From: Chiloscyllium plagiosum
Lineage: Eukaryota
Length of the DNA: 64,000 nt
Assembly: GCF_004010195.1 (NCBI RefSeq)
Contig: NC_057728.1
Span: 43,291,431-43,355,430 of the forward strand
Direction: 5' to 3'
The notes under the pieces are model-generated. The model worked only from the letters and a program-made list of their open reading frames with translations, searched no databases and was not told the DNA's origin. Positions 1 through 12,790 of this stretch are shown here, piece by piece (position 1 is the first letter of the stretch; every line of letters starts with the position of its first letter). The position numbers were made by a program, and so were the translations under genes.

Positions 1-589
1 TATGCAAAAAAGTAAAATAAGGCATGGCAGAGATGCTGTGAGAACATAGTATGTACAAAAAAAGTGAGCATTGTGAGAGATCACCTGCCACCCCGTCCCA
101 GAGAAGATGTCTGAGATATATCCTGTTGCAATGGATGAGATGGCATCCTGTGCAAAAAATGGTCTGACAGCAACTTGTAACGAAAAGTGTCAGTGAGTTC
201 CAAACCAATTATTGAAGTAGTGGACCTATTAGGTGAGTCAGTGTGAGCTTTCTAAATGATATGGTGAGGCTGGTGTATGTACAATACCAAACTCTGTGGA
301 TGGGGTGTACGTGTGGTTGCTGTCGATAGTGTGTACCCTGAGATGTGGGGAAATGCTGACAAAGATGGATGCCAAGATTAAAGTATAGGTAGTTGTTCAG
401 GGAATTATTCTGATTAACTAGAAATGTATAACTAGAAATTTAAGTTCAAAAGTTTATGGAGGATTGAGCTCCTCTACACAGTCCGTATCCCGCAATTCCC
501 TGTCTTCGTATAATCTGCCAAGATGCCACTTAAATGCTGCTTTTCTTTGCATCCAGCACCACCACGGGTGGCACAGGGGAACTAGTGGT

Positions 590-940
590 GGTAAGTGGTA
601 CAATGGTTAACAGTAATGCCTCACAGTGCTAGCGATCTGGATTCAATTCTCGTCTTGTGGTGTCATTCTGTGTGGAGTTTGCATGTTCTCCCTGTGTCTG
701 CATGGGTTTCAGCCAGATGCTTTGTTTTCGGACCACAGTCCAAAGATGTGCAAGATAGGTGAATTGACTATGCCAAATTGCCCTATTGTGTCCTGGGATT
801 AGCAAGCTAGGTAGACTAGCTATAGTAAATGCAGGGTTATGGAGGTAGGGTGGGTCTGGATAGATTTGCTCTTCAGAGGGTTGGTGCAGATTTGATACGA
901 TTAATGGTCTCTTTCAGCACTGTAGGGTTTCTATGATTCT
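590..940 (+). mobile_element. HE1-type tRNA-derived V-SINE, degenerate
   Basis: A/B-box-like head (tggtacaatggttaa...ggattcaattc), central tgtgtggagtttgcatgttctccc domain and CR1-like tail; aligns by eye to the copy at 4986. Confidence 0.85.
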
Positions 941-949
941 ACCTCCTAT

Positions 950-1318
950 GACATTTTCGGGAGGAGAGAGAGAGAGAACCGGGGCTGCAGGCAAGGTAAA
1001 GTTTCCCTCTTAAAAGGACTTACCTCAAATGTCAGCAGCCTCCATTTTCGGGAGGAGTGAGAGAGAGAGGACCAGGGGCTTGCTGGCAAGGTAAGTTTTC
1101 CCTCTTAAATAGACTTAGCTTGGGCATCAGTAGGCTCCATTTTCGGGAGTAGTGGCAGGAGCAGGGAGAGCTGAGTGGGAGCAATCGAATTGCACTCTGG
1201 GGAGGTGAATGAACTGATAATTTGGGCAGAGGTTGAACCCGATACGCTACATGTGTAGTGTCTCCCACCCACCCTCCTCCTGTAACCACAGAAAAGGACT
1301 CTGTGATGTGTTGATAAG
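950..1318 (+). mobile_element. CR1 LINE 5' UTR fragment with internal tandem repeat
   Basis: 1231-1318 matches the reverse complement of 40600-40690, upstream of a CR1 ORF1; cattttcgggag recurs three times. Confidence 0.6.
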
Positions 1319-2850
1319 TGTGGGAAAAGGTCTGCCACCCTGCCAACCCATAACAGGCCCACAAAAGCAAAATTGGTCAAAATGTACTAAAACACCCAGA
1401 ATGCCTCAGCAGGGACCAAGCAGGTTGACAAGCGAAACTAAACATTACTCACAGACAAGGGAATACACTTCAAGCTCCCACAAGCAATGACAGAGCACCA
1501 CAGCTATCCCAAAGCCCCAAGGGCAGTTTCATAACCCAGCAATACCAAAGCCACACAAAGGACAGGTCAGACAGAGACACCAGCAAGAGCACTACTCCCA
1601 GGCTAAGACAAAGGAAGCAGCTCACCACTTCAGAGGAGACATCAGCACCTATCTGTGAAGAGGAGTGGGAGCTCCAGATCCATCGATACTGCCAGAATAT
1701 TGCTTTATGTAGAGAATTAGGATATTCCTCTGATAACTGTTTTCCGATTAGCATCATTGTAACTAGATTACTCCATCTCCAAATATATTCCAATTACATT
1801 ATATTTTTCCTATTGTACAGGATTGTTTTTAAAAACTGGCTTCATCCTCAGCTCGAGGAAGAGAAATTCTTGACTGTCTGGGCAGACTGTACTGTTTCAG
1901 CTTAGTCAGTTCCTCTTCTGCGATATCGCCTACTAATAAACTGTTTGTCAATTTCACTCTGATCTGTACTTTGTGATCTCTAATTTATTGGGCAAATTTC
2001 TCTGATAGTTTGGCGCTAGTCGGCAGACCCTTTTTGTCTCTCAACAGGGTAAGCAAACCTGATACTCCAAATTTAGTCCAATTTGGAACTGGCAGCCAGT
2101 CCTACCCCAGCAGGTCAGACCAGAGAAAGGCTGGGGCACTGCGGAGGGTGACCACAATTCTGATCCAGTGAATGCGGCAAATTGGCTTTGGCTGCCACAA
2201 TTTGGCCTGTGGAGGTAGTCTGGTAAGCAAATAAATTCATCACCAACTTTAACTATTTGCCAGCCGGTTGTTACTGCAATTTGGAAACTGAGTAGTGACT
2301 TGGCCTGTGGAGGTAGTCACTTGGGCTCCTAAATTGTTAACTGAGTTTTAGGCTGCCATGTTTTGCCCAGTTCACAAAATCTTTTGGAGATAGTCTGTTG
2401 AGCGAGTAAGTTTAATTAATTGGCAGTCAGTAATTCAGGATTTAGCAGCTTGTGGGGGTAGTCAGCTGTACTAAATTCATTACCTAAATTTTCCAAAGAA
2501 AACAAACATTAAGTGGCCCATGTGTGAATCTGTCTTGAGCCAGGACATGTGTCACAAACCTGATCTAGCCAGAAGAAAGACGGTCAGGCAGAGAAAGTAT
2601 GGAGAGATCGCTTATCAAATTCTCGCTTTACTACTAATAGCTCCACTGCAGAACAAAATTGACTGAGGCCCCAGCTGTGTTGTCCTGTCCTGTGGTTTCT
2701 AAGTATTTGTTTTGGGTGTGTCTGCTTGTTCCGCAGTTACTGAGTGCTTGCCTTGTTAATTTCAGGTGTCCCATCTGTTTGTTCAGTGCTTAAGTGTTTG
2801 TTTACTTTGTGGTTACATGCTTGAGTAACTTTTATTGCCTAACCTCAAAA
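1319..2850 (+). mobile_element. Probable ERV/LTR-element 5' end: LTR (~1319-2007), tRNA-Ser PBS (2011-2026), splice donor and repetitive leader; no coding region
   Basis: TTTAAAA ~1828, AATAAA 1935-1940, TGGCGcTAGTCGGCAG, G|GTAAGC at 2049, leader repeats. The 5' boundary is uncertain. Confidence 0.55.
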
Positions 2851-2854
2851 CACC

Positions 2855-4090
2855 TTGAGTTTTTTGAAGAAGTAACAAAGAGGATTGATGAGGACAGAGC
2901 GATAGATGTGATCTATATGGACTTCAGTAAGACATTTGACAAGGTTTCCCATGGAAGACTGGTGAGCAAGGTAAGATCTCATGGAATACAGGAAAAACCA
3001 CCATTTGGATACAGAACTGGCTCAAAGGTAAAGGACAGAGGGTGGTGGTGGAGGGTTGTTTTTCAGACTGGATGCCTGTGATCAGTGGAGTGCCACAAGG
3101 ATCGGTGCTGGGTCCACTACTTTTCTTCATTTATATAAATTATTTGGATGTGAACATAAGAGGTATAGTTAGTAACTTTGTTGATGACACCAAAATTGGA
3201 GTGTAGTGGACAGTGAAAAAGATTACTTCAGATTACAATGGGATCTTGATCAGATGGGCCAATGGGCTGAGAAATGGTAGATGGAGTTTATTTTAGATAA
3301 ATGTGAGGTGCTGCATTTTGAGAAAGCAAATCTTAGCAGGACTTATACACTTAATGGTAAGGTCCTAGGGAGTGTTGCTGAACATAGAGACCTTGGAGTG
3401 CAGGATCATAGCTCCTTGAAAATGGAGTTGCAGGTAGATAGGATAGTGAAGAAGGCGTTTGGTATGTTTTCCTTTATTGGTCAGAGTATTGAGTACAGGA
3501 GTTGGGAGGTCATGTTGCGGCTGTACAGGACATTGGTTAGCCACTGTTGGAATATTGTGTGCAACTCTGGTCTTCCTATTGGAAAGATGTTGTGAAACTT
3601 GAAAGGGTTCAGAAAAGATTTCCAAGGATGTTGCCAGGGTTGGAGGATTTGAGCTATAGGGAGAGGTTGAGTAGGCTAGGCCTGTTTTCCCTGGAGCGTA
3701 GGAGGCTGAGGGGTGACCTTATAGAGGTTTATAAAATCATGAAGGGCATGGAAAGGATAAATAGACAAAGTATTTTCTCTGAGGTGGGGGAGACAAGAAC
3801 TAGAGGGCATAGGTTTATGGTGAGAGGGGAAAGATATAAAAGAGACCTAAGTGGCAACTTTTTCACACAGAGGGTGGTACGTGTATGGAATGAGCTGCCA
3901 GAGGAAGTGGTGGAGGCTGGAGCAATTTCAACATTTAAAAGGCATTAGGTTGGATATATGAATAGGACACACTTAGAGGAATATGAGCCAAATGTTGGCA
4001 AATGGGACTAGATTTATTTAGGATAGCTGGTTGACATGGACGATTTGGACTGAAGGGTCTGTTTCCATGCTGTACAGCTCTATGACTCTA
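2855..4090 (+). mobile_element. CR1 LINE, 5'-truncated (RT and 3' end)
   Basis: DVIYMDFSKTFDKVSH, GVPQGSVLGP, EYCVQLWS, RRRLRGDLIEVYKI, FFTQRVV; tail ctctatgactcta. Confidence 0.95.
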
Positions 4091-4099
4091 ACATAACAG

Positions 4100-5935
4100 G
4101 ATTGGAGGTCTAAAGTGTAATTGTTTTAATGTAAGGAGTATGATAGAAAGGGTGAAGACAATTTAATGGGATTGTACTATAGGCTTCCCAACAACCAGCA
4201 AGTGATAGAGGGACAGATATGTGGAAAGATAGAAGAATGTAAACAGCATTGTGGTGGAAGGTTTTAATTTTCCCTACATTGCCTGGGTCTTAGTGCAGAG
4301 GCTTAAACAAGAGTGCAATTTGTTAGGGGTATCCAAGACAGTTTTTGAAACAATTTTTAAGTCGTCCAACTAGGGGAGGGATCATACTAGACCTGACAAT
4401 GGGGAACAAGCCTGGCCAGGTTACCAATGTTTCAGTGGAGAGCCATTTCAGGCCCAGTGACCATAATTCTCTAAGTTTTAAGTTACTTAAGGTTGAGAGT
4501 AGTTCTCGGTTTGAAGTTTTGTATTGGGGTAGGTTAACTGCCATAATATTAGGCAGGAACTGGAGAATATAGATTGGAGGCTATTTGAGGGTAAATCAAC
4601 ATCTAGCATATGGGAATCTTTTAAAGGCCAGTTGATTAGAGTTCAGGAGCAGCGAGTTCCTGTGAAAGTGAAGGATAAACATGACCAGATTCGGGAACCT
4701 TGGAAGTCAAGAGAAATTGAGAGCTTAGTTATAAAGAGAAAGGAGGCATACGTAAGGTTTAGGAAACTGAAGACAGACAGAGCCCCCAAAGAATAGCAAG
4801 ATAGCAGGAAAACTCTCAAACAAGGTATGAGGAGGGGTAAAACGAACCACAAAATGTCTTTGGCAAACAGGATTAAGAAAACCCAGGTGTTTTTAAAAAT
4901 ATGAGGAGCAGGAGGTTAGCCGGGGAATGGGGTAGGTCCACTCTAGAATAAAGGTGGCAATTTAGGCGTGGAGCCGGAAGAAGTGGGCGGCACAGTGGCA
5001 CAGCAGTTAGCACTGCTGCCTCACAGCGCCAGAGACCCGGGTTCAATTCCCGCCTCAGGCGACTGACTGTGTGGAGTTTGCACATTCTCCCCGTGCCTGC
5101 GTGGGTTTCCTCCGGGTGCTCCGGTTTCCTCCCACATTCCAAAAATGTGCAGGTTAGGTGAATTGGCCATGCTAAATTGCCCGTAGTGTTAGGTGAAGGG
5201 GTAAAGGTAGGGGAATGGGTCTGGGTGGGTTGCGCTTCAGCGGGTCGGTGTGGACTTGTTGGGCCAAAGGGCCTGTTTCCACACTGTAAGTAATCTAAAA
5301 AAATCTAATCTAAGTGAATGAGGTCCTAAATGAATACTTGGCAAAGGTATTTATAAAGATAAGGACATGGTGGGTGGTGAGTCTTGGAAGGTGTATGTTG
5401 TTATTCTACACCTTGTGTGTCAACATAAGGTGTTCTTTGACATATATCCCAGAATTTTGAGGGTTGAGGAAATTGTTTGAGGCCTTGTATGAAAGATTTG
5501 TATCCTCTGTAGTCATAGGAGAAATCCCAGAGGATTGGAGAACAGCCATCATTGTTCCTTTTTTAAAAAAAAGGGCAATAGGAATAATCTGGGAAACTAC
5601 AGGCCGGAGAGATTTACGTCAATTATGGAAAAAATTCTTTGGAATAGGATTTACTTACATTTTGAAAAAAATGGACTTATTAGTAATAGTATGGCTTTGT
5701 GCGGGGGAAGTCATGTCTCAAAAACTTGACTTTTTGATGAAGTGACAAAGATGATTGATGAAGGCAGAACAATTGATATTGTCTAAAAGGACATTAGCAA
5801 GGTGTCTAACAAGGTCCTTCATGGCAGGCTGATACAAAAGGCGAAGTTACATAGGATCCACAGAGAGCTGGTAAGAAGGATACTGAACTCGCTCAGTCAT
5901 AGAAAACAAAGAGTAGTTCAAGAAGTGATTTGGAG
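4100..5935 (+). mobile_element. Older CR1 LINE (endonuclease to RT), interrupted by an HE1 SINE
   Basis: PTRGGIILDL...SDHN, GEIPEDWRTA, GNYRP motifs with frameshifts. Confidence 0.88.
4986..5311 (+). mobile_element. HE1 V-SINE, young full-length copy
   Basis: Pol III A box and B box (GGTTCAATTCC), V-domain, (aatct)n tail; AAGTG at 4981-4985 and 5312-5316 as a possible target duplication; CpGs retained. Confidence 0.93.
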
Positions 5936-5949
5936 GAGCTGGTGTTGGA

Positions 5950-6280
5950 CTGGGGCGAACAAAGTTAAAAATCACAACACCAGGTTATAGTCCCACAGGT
6001 TTATTTGGAAGCACTAGCTTTTGGAGTGCTGCTCCTTCAGGTGGTTGTGGAGAATAAGATCATAAGACACAGAATTTATAGCAAAAAAGTTTACTGTGTG
6101 ATGCAACTGAAATTATATATTGAAAAAGACCTAGTTTGCTTGTTAAGTCTCTCATCTTTTAGAAGGACCATGTTGGTTTCAGTTCTTTCATATTTAAATC
6201 CTAGAACTTTTTTTTTTAAAGTTACATTCTCAAGTGAATTTTAACAATAGGTACCATGTCAGCTCAGATAATGCATCAAA
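5950..6280 (-). mobile_element. Penelope-like terminal (pLTR) fragment with decayed hammerhead at 6012-6043
   Basis: Minus strand cac-CTGA(del)AGGAGCAGCACTCC-AAAA-GC-TA-gtg resembles a PLE hammerhead with a 3-nt deletion. Confidence 0.6.
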
Positions 6281-6281
6281 G

Positions 6282-7870
6282 GCACCCACCACCCTCTACG
6301 TATAGAATTTTCCATGCATATCTCCACTAAATCTTTCCCCTCTCACCCCTAGTAACTTTGTGACCCCTAGTATTTGATTCCCCCACTCTGGGAAATAGTT
6401 TCTTGCTATCCACCCTGTCTATATATCTCAACCTCCCCAACCTCCATTTTTTTAAATGAAAATAATCCTAACCTACTCAACCTCTGTGCATCGCTAGCAC
6501 CCTGCTTCCTGGTGAACCTCCTCTTCCCCCCGCTCCAAAGCATCCACATCTTTTGTCATGCTGCAACCAGAACTGTATGCAGTATTCCAAATGTGGCCAA
6601 AACAAAGTCTTATACAACTCTAACATGACCTGCCAACTCTTGTACTCAATACCCATCCCATGAAGGAAAGCATGCTGTATGCCTTCTTGATCACTCTGTT
6701 GACTTGTTTGCCACTTTCAGGGAACAATGGACCTGAACACCCAGATCTCTGTACATCAATTTTCCCCAGAACTTTTCCATTTACTGTCTCATTTGCTCTT
6801 TAATTGGATCTTCCAAAATGCATCACCTTGCATTTGCCTGAAATGAACTCCATCTGCCATTTCTCTGCCCAACTCTCCAATCTGTCTATATTCTGGTGCA
6901 TTCTCTGACAGTCCCTTTCATTATCTGCTACTCTGCCAATCTTAGTGTCATCTGTGAACTTACTAATCAGAACATCTGTACCTTCCTCCAGATCATTTAT
7001 GTATTATCACAAACAACAGTGGTCCCAGCACGGATCCCTGTGGAACACCACTGGTCACAATTCTCCATTTTGAGAAACTCCCACTACTACCATGTCTTCT
7101 GTTGCCCAGTCAGTTCTTTATCCATCTAGCTCATACACCCTGGACCCCATACAACTTCTCTTTCTACATCAGTCTACCATGGGTACATTATCAGATGCCT
7201 TACTGAAGTCCACGTATATGACATCTACAGCCCTTTCCTCAATCAACTTTGTCACTTCCTCAAATAATTCAATTAAGTTGGTAAGATATGACCTTCCCTG
7301 CACAAACCATGTTGTCATTCACTGAAAGCCCTTTTCTTCCAAATGGGAATAGATCCTATCCCTCAGTATCTTCTCCAGTAGCTTCCCTACCACTGACATC
7401 AGGCTTACCGGTCTATAATTACCTGGGTTAGCCCTGCCCCCCTTCTATTAAACAAGGGGACATCAGCAATTCTCCAATCCTCTGAGACCTCATCTGTGTT
7501 CAAGGATGCTGCAAAGATATCTGTTAAGACCCTGGGACTTGTCCACTTTAATGCCTTATGGAATACCCAACACTTTCCTCCCTCCTTATGCCAACTTGAT
7601 CTAGACTAATCAAGCAGCTATCCTTAACCTTAACATCCGTCATGTCCCTCTCCTCAGTGAATACTGATGCAAAGTACTTGTTAAGAATCTCACACATTTT
7701 CTCTGACTCTACGCATAACTTTCCACCTTTGTTCTTGACTGGGCAAACCCTTTCTCCAGTTACTCTCTTTTTCCTTATATATGAATAAAAGGCTATGGGA
7801 TTTTTCTTAACCCTGTTTGCTAAAGATATCTCATGACCCCTACCTTGTTCTTGCAATTTACATATTTACC
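6282..7870 (-). mobile_element. CR1 LINE, decayed ORF2
   Basis: RVKKNPIAFYSYIRKKR...ILNKYFASVFT and RT-region sequence on the minus strand. Confidence 0.9.
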
Positions 7871-8099
7871 ATGCCTTTTCTGGTTGCTCTTGTTCATTTT
7901 CAGCCCATGGCCATTCTCACCACATGGTTGGGGTTGCCCAGCTCCCACAGCTGGCACCACCTGGCAGAGGGTGGATGTCTGTGCGCCCATGGTGTCCTGG
8001 ATGTCTTGGGTCAATTTGTAAGTGCTTTGCTTGGCTTTCGAGGAAAAACAGAGCGAGAGAGCGCTCACAGAACACACAGGCAGTGAGTGACTGACAGGT

Positions 8100-10100
8100 T
8101 AGAGTCAGAGATATATAGCACGGAAACAGACCCTCCGGTCTAACTCATCCATGCCGACCAGATATCCCAACCCAATCTAGTTCCACCTGTCAGCACCTGG
8201 CCCATATCCCTCCAAACCCTTCCTATTCATATACCCATCCAAATGCCTCTTAAATGTTGCAATTGTACCAGCCTCTACCACTTCTAATGCTCCCTAATTT
8301 GGACTCCACACTCCCCCACTCACAATCCCCACATCCGGGGAAAAATCCTTGTCTATGCACCCTCACCTCATCATTTTATAAACCTCTATAAGGTCACTCC
8401 TCAGCCTCTGACACTTCAGGGAAAGTAGTTCCAATCTATTCAGCCTCTCCCTATAGCTCAAACCCTGCAACCCTGGCAACATCCTTGTAAATCTTTTCTG
8501 AACTCTTTCAAGTTTCACAACATCTTCCTATAGGAGGGAGACAAGAATTGCATGCAGTATTCCAAAAGTGGCCTAACCAATGACCTGTAGAGCTGCAACA
8601 TGACCTCCCAACTCCTATACTCAGTGCAGACCAAACACCGCCTTCACTATCTTGTTGACCTGGGACGACTCTTTCAAGGAACTATGAACCTACACGCCAA
8701 GGTCTGTTTGCTCAGCAACACTCCTCAGGTCCTTACCATTTAGTGTATAATCCTGCCCTGATTTGCCTTTCCAAAATGCAGCACCTCAATTTATCAGTTA
8801 CCTCTTCCTGTCTGCACTTTCTCTTAGTCTTACTGGCCTTAGTCTCTGAGTACTCCTTTGTCATTTTACTTGCTGATCTACTGCACCTCCTTGCTACAGT
8901 AGTTAAAACCCATCCAAGTGACAGACGCAAACCTCTAAGGATATTGGGGCCGTTCCTATCCCACCTGCCCTGGAAGACATACCAATGATCCACATATCTG
9001 AAACTTTCCCTCCTACATCAACTCTTTAGCCATGTATTTGACTGGACAATCTCCATATTCCTTGCTTCATTGACATGTGGTACAGGAAGTAATCCTGAGA
9101 TTATAACCCTGGAGGTTCTGCTTTTCAACTTTCTAACTCACTGAACTCCTTTTGCAGGACCTCATTTCTCTTTTTGCCTCTGTTGTGAGTACCAATATTG
9201 GCCACAGCCTCTGGTGATTCACCCTCACCCTTCAGAATATTGTGTGTGTGCTCAGATATTGGAGATTCGCTTGTGGCCACAGAAATGCCTGTGTTCCTGA
9301 CTATAGAGTCCTCTGTTACTGCTGCTCATCTTCACTTTGACGCTCCTTGCTGTAAAACAGTGCTAGTCGTGGTGCTGCTGATTTAGCTGCTGCTGCTTTC
9401 CCCTGAGAGGCCATACTCCAAAAACATTCAAAACCGCTTGAAAAAGGAATGGCCATAAGGGACTCCTGCACTGCCTGCCCACATTTATTCATATTCCTGG
9501 TGGTCACTGATATGGTGGTCACTGTCTGTGTAGCCCTGATTGGTGGTGAGACCAACTTGCTAAATGTGCTATCCATCACATTCTCAGCATCATGGATGCC
9601 CCATAATGAGTTCACCTGTAGCTCCAGATGCTCCATACATCAAATTAGGAGCTGCAGCTGAGTATTGCATACATAGTCACCACAGACACTGGAAGTGTCC
9701 CTTATTTCCTACACGTTTCAGGAGAGCATTCCATGGGGCCAATTATTCTGTCATTTGAAACCTCATTGACTAAATCAATCTAAATAATTTCAACAAAATA
9801 ACATGCTTCCATTGTAATAAAAATGGAAGTTGAAAAGCAACTTAACTTGTATTGAGACACACTGGAGCAAGTCAGTTACAGTGCTGGCTGATGAAACAAT
9901 TTGTCTTCCAGTGGGGCGAATGAAGGAAAAAAAATGGAGATATACACTGAAGTTAGAAACTATTAATAATCTGTATTAATTACAGATTAATCCAGGAACT
10001 AATTACATAATCTTACCCACTTGTCACTAAACTCAGGTCTCTCACTCTTGCACTCACTTCCTAACAGACTACAACTACAAAAACCAAGTACTTTATCTCT
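8100..10100 (-). mobile_element. CR1 LINE pieces: 3' end (8100-8800) plus ORF1/5' region remnants
   Basis: The 3' end is near-identical to copies at 28040 and 59260. 8900-9700 resembles CR1 ORF1 (compare 40190-40440). Confidence 0.8.
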
Positions 10101-10680
10101 CTCCAGACACTATTCTGTCACTCTACAAACCTGGTTCCTGAACACCAGGCCTAAGTCACTTTTTGAGTGGTGATGGCACCTCTAGAGCTAGCCTTAGATA
10201 CACCTCCATATTCACTCTGACTGACCTGCTCCTCAGGTGTTTATCCTGCTGCCGTTGTACACTCCCAGGTTCGTTCTCCTTCGCTCAGTTTCTGTTGCTG
10301 CTTGGACAGACATCAAAGATCTAAGAAGTGACCATTCTGACAAATATCTATGATGACTCATATAGAAATGTGGGTAAATTATCATATAGAAATGAAAAAT
10401 GAAATTGGATGAAAAGAAAATCTGGGAATAGAATTTGAAGAAACAAACTGACGGATGCTGAGAAAACAAAGGAGAAAGTGAAATCAAGTGATATAAAAAA
10501 ATGTGATATCAACAAAATAACATGCTTCCATTGTAATAAAAATTGAAGTTGAAAAGCAACTTAACTTGTATTGAGACACACTGGAGCAAGTCAGTTACAG
10601 TGCTGGCTGATGAAACAATTTGTCTTCCAGTGGGGCGAATGAAGGAAAAAAAATGGAGATATACACTGAAGTTAGAAACT
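9790..10680 (+). repeat. 172-bp direct repeat (9790-9961 and 10509-10680)
   Basis: Identical except one substitution; offset 719 bp. Confidence 0.95.
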
Positions 10681-12120
10681 GGTCCCATTGTATTAATTTA
10701 GATTAAAAAGTGACTTAATAAATGAAGAAATTGTAGTTTGTATCTTGCAACAAATCCTAATAGATAGCATTGATTTAATCTATGGGATGAAAAAGCATTG
10801 GCTGCACCAAGGATATTGAACTAACAGTAAAAGTAAAAGAATTTGAAATGCTACAGGAGGGATTTCCTGGATGTTTTTCTGACTGTGTTTAACAAGGAAG
10901 ATATGGAGTGTAAGAAAACTAGAGATGATAAGGAAATGCAATTATGTGCCACTATAAAAATTAAAATGAGGCTGACACAGTTAGCTCATCTCCTTTAATA
11001 GAAATGCAGCAGAGGGATCTTGAAATGGGAGTGCTGTTTTAAACAGCCTACACAGAAACTGAACCAGGACCAACAGCCACAGATCTTTTTTTAAGAAAAG
11101 ATAAAGTCCTCATGAGGAAGTCAAGATCACCTTGAATACCAGTCAATGAATAATGATGGTAGTCCATCAGAAAGTAGTTCCATCTGAGAATTATAACAAA
11201 ATGTTGTAAGAGATCCATGAAATTTCAATGTCAGGTCACTTAGATAGTAAGAAAACCTAAGCTAAAATATTAAAACATTTTTATTGCTCTGCTTACATAA
11301 AAATGTGGTTAAATTTTGCCAGATATGCTCTATATGTCAGGTAATGTAGAAACTTCAACTACCAATTAAGCTTGCACATTTAATTCTAAGACCAGCTTTT
11401 GAAGAAACATTTAGTGGATTGTTAATAGATTATGCCTGACCTTTACCCAAAACCAAAAGTGGCAATCAGTTTAATTTAGCAAGTATGGATGCTTCAACAA
11501 GATTTTCTGAGACAGTGCTTTTGGGCTTTTAAATGAATCAAAGAATAAAACATTTTCCAAGCTCAGGAACTAAATTTGCTATTTATATCTCAAGATTCAG
11601 AGAAAAAACTAATGAAAGCATGTAAGTTGGCTAAAAATCATTTGAAAACAATGAAAATTAGAGCTGGGAAAAAGACAAAATCTCAGAATCATGCTGTTGG
11701 AGACAAGATGTTAAGTGCAGTCATCTTTCTCTGGGGAGGCAGAGCAGCTGTGAAAGAAGTAAGGAATGATATAAAATATCTGAATGATTGGAAAATTAAT
11801 CAGAAAGTTGGCACCTCAGAAATTATATGAGATAGTATCAAGGTACCAAATAGTTAAGTGGAATATTATGCTATTTCTCAGCGAACTATTGAAGTGACTT
11901 ACAAACACTATAACAGACTTGTGAATCAATTTATTTAAATAAGTCAGGATAAAAACATCTCTGGCCATATGTAATGTAATGTTATGTAGCAGTTAATATA
12001 AGGTAAGGGATGTGTTACCCATAACACAGCATCCTATGGACTCAATCCAGAGAAATTAGCTTAAGTGGTAGAAAAGATCAAGTTCCTAATGGATAATGAC
12101 ATCTTGAATTCATTGAGTTC
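10330..12120 (+). mobile_element. Decayed Gypsy element with integrase upstream of RT (Gmr1-like order)
   Basis: Zn-knuckle start ITCFHCNK (~10517); integrase HEISMSGHL...FCQICSICQ...FEETFSGLLIDYA*PLPKTKSGN...STRFSE (11216-11517); pre-RT I(T)QHP(Y)xLNP...IKFLMDNDI (12021-12108, frameshifted). Confidence 0.75.
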
Positions 12121-12499
12121 AATTTTATGTTTTCTTTTGGCTAAATGTCAGTTGCATCATGTTTTTGCAGCTATTTTTGCTGAGACCAAGTGAAACCCTT
12201 TGAGATATCTCATCAAAGTCACCTCATTAACAACGTACCGTGCCCCAATGGTGTCTGTCTTGTACAATTCTAGCCCATCTTATGCACCATTCCTAGAACA
12301 GTGGATAATTGCTGAAAGATCAGCATTCCTGGCACCCTTACTTTCTTTAAAAGGATGAGTACTGGAATTCGGAATCTGCCCTACATAGTGGTGGACTAGC
12401 ATAGGAGGCCACAATATCAGATTCTGGTAACTGGCCCAATGTTGTCACCCATGGCAATCTGGTCTCCACACCATGGAGGAATGGCTAGTACTGCTACTT

Positions 12500-12790
12500 C
12501 TTTCAAGCAAGTGCCTCACCCTTCTCTCAATTTAACATTCAGTCTATCTCAACTACTATCCCATCTGTACCATGGCTTATGCTCTGGCCCTTTCATGGTT
12601 GCACTCAACATTTTCTCTCACTTGCTGTCATTCTCCCAAAATCCCACAACCTACATTGCCTCTGCCCTGCCTATTCACTCACCAGCCACACCTCCCAAAG
12701 TTTCAGCACTTACCAACACAATGTCACCACTTACTTCTCAAATATTCCCTCCATTGTTTAATCTTCTCCTGGAATGAAAGCAGATTATGG
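12500..12790 (+). mobile_element. Penelope-like element fragment, very degenerate
   Basis: Resembles the C-rich post-RT region of the PLE at 30350-30800. Confidence 0.5.

Noticed and set aside
4986..5060. tRNA gene
   Set aside because: A/B boxes belong to the tRNA-derived head of an HE1 SINE; it continues into the V-domain and tail.
9790..10680. Direct repeats as LTRs of a small TRIM-like element
   Set aside because: No TG...CA ends, PBS, PPT or TSD; the repeat is internal gag-region sequence.
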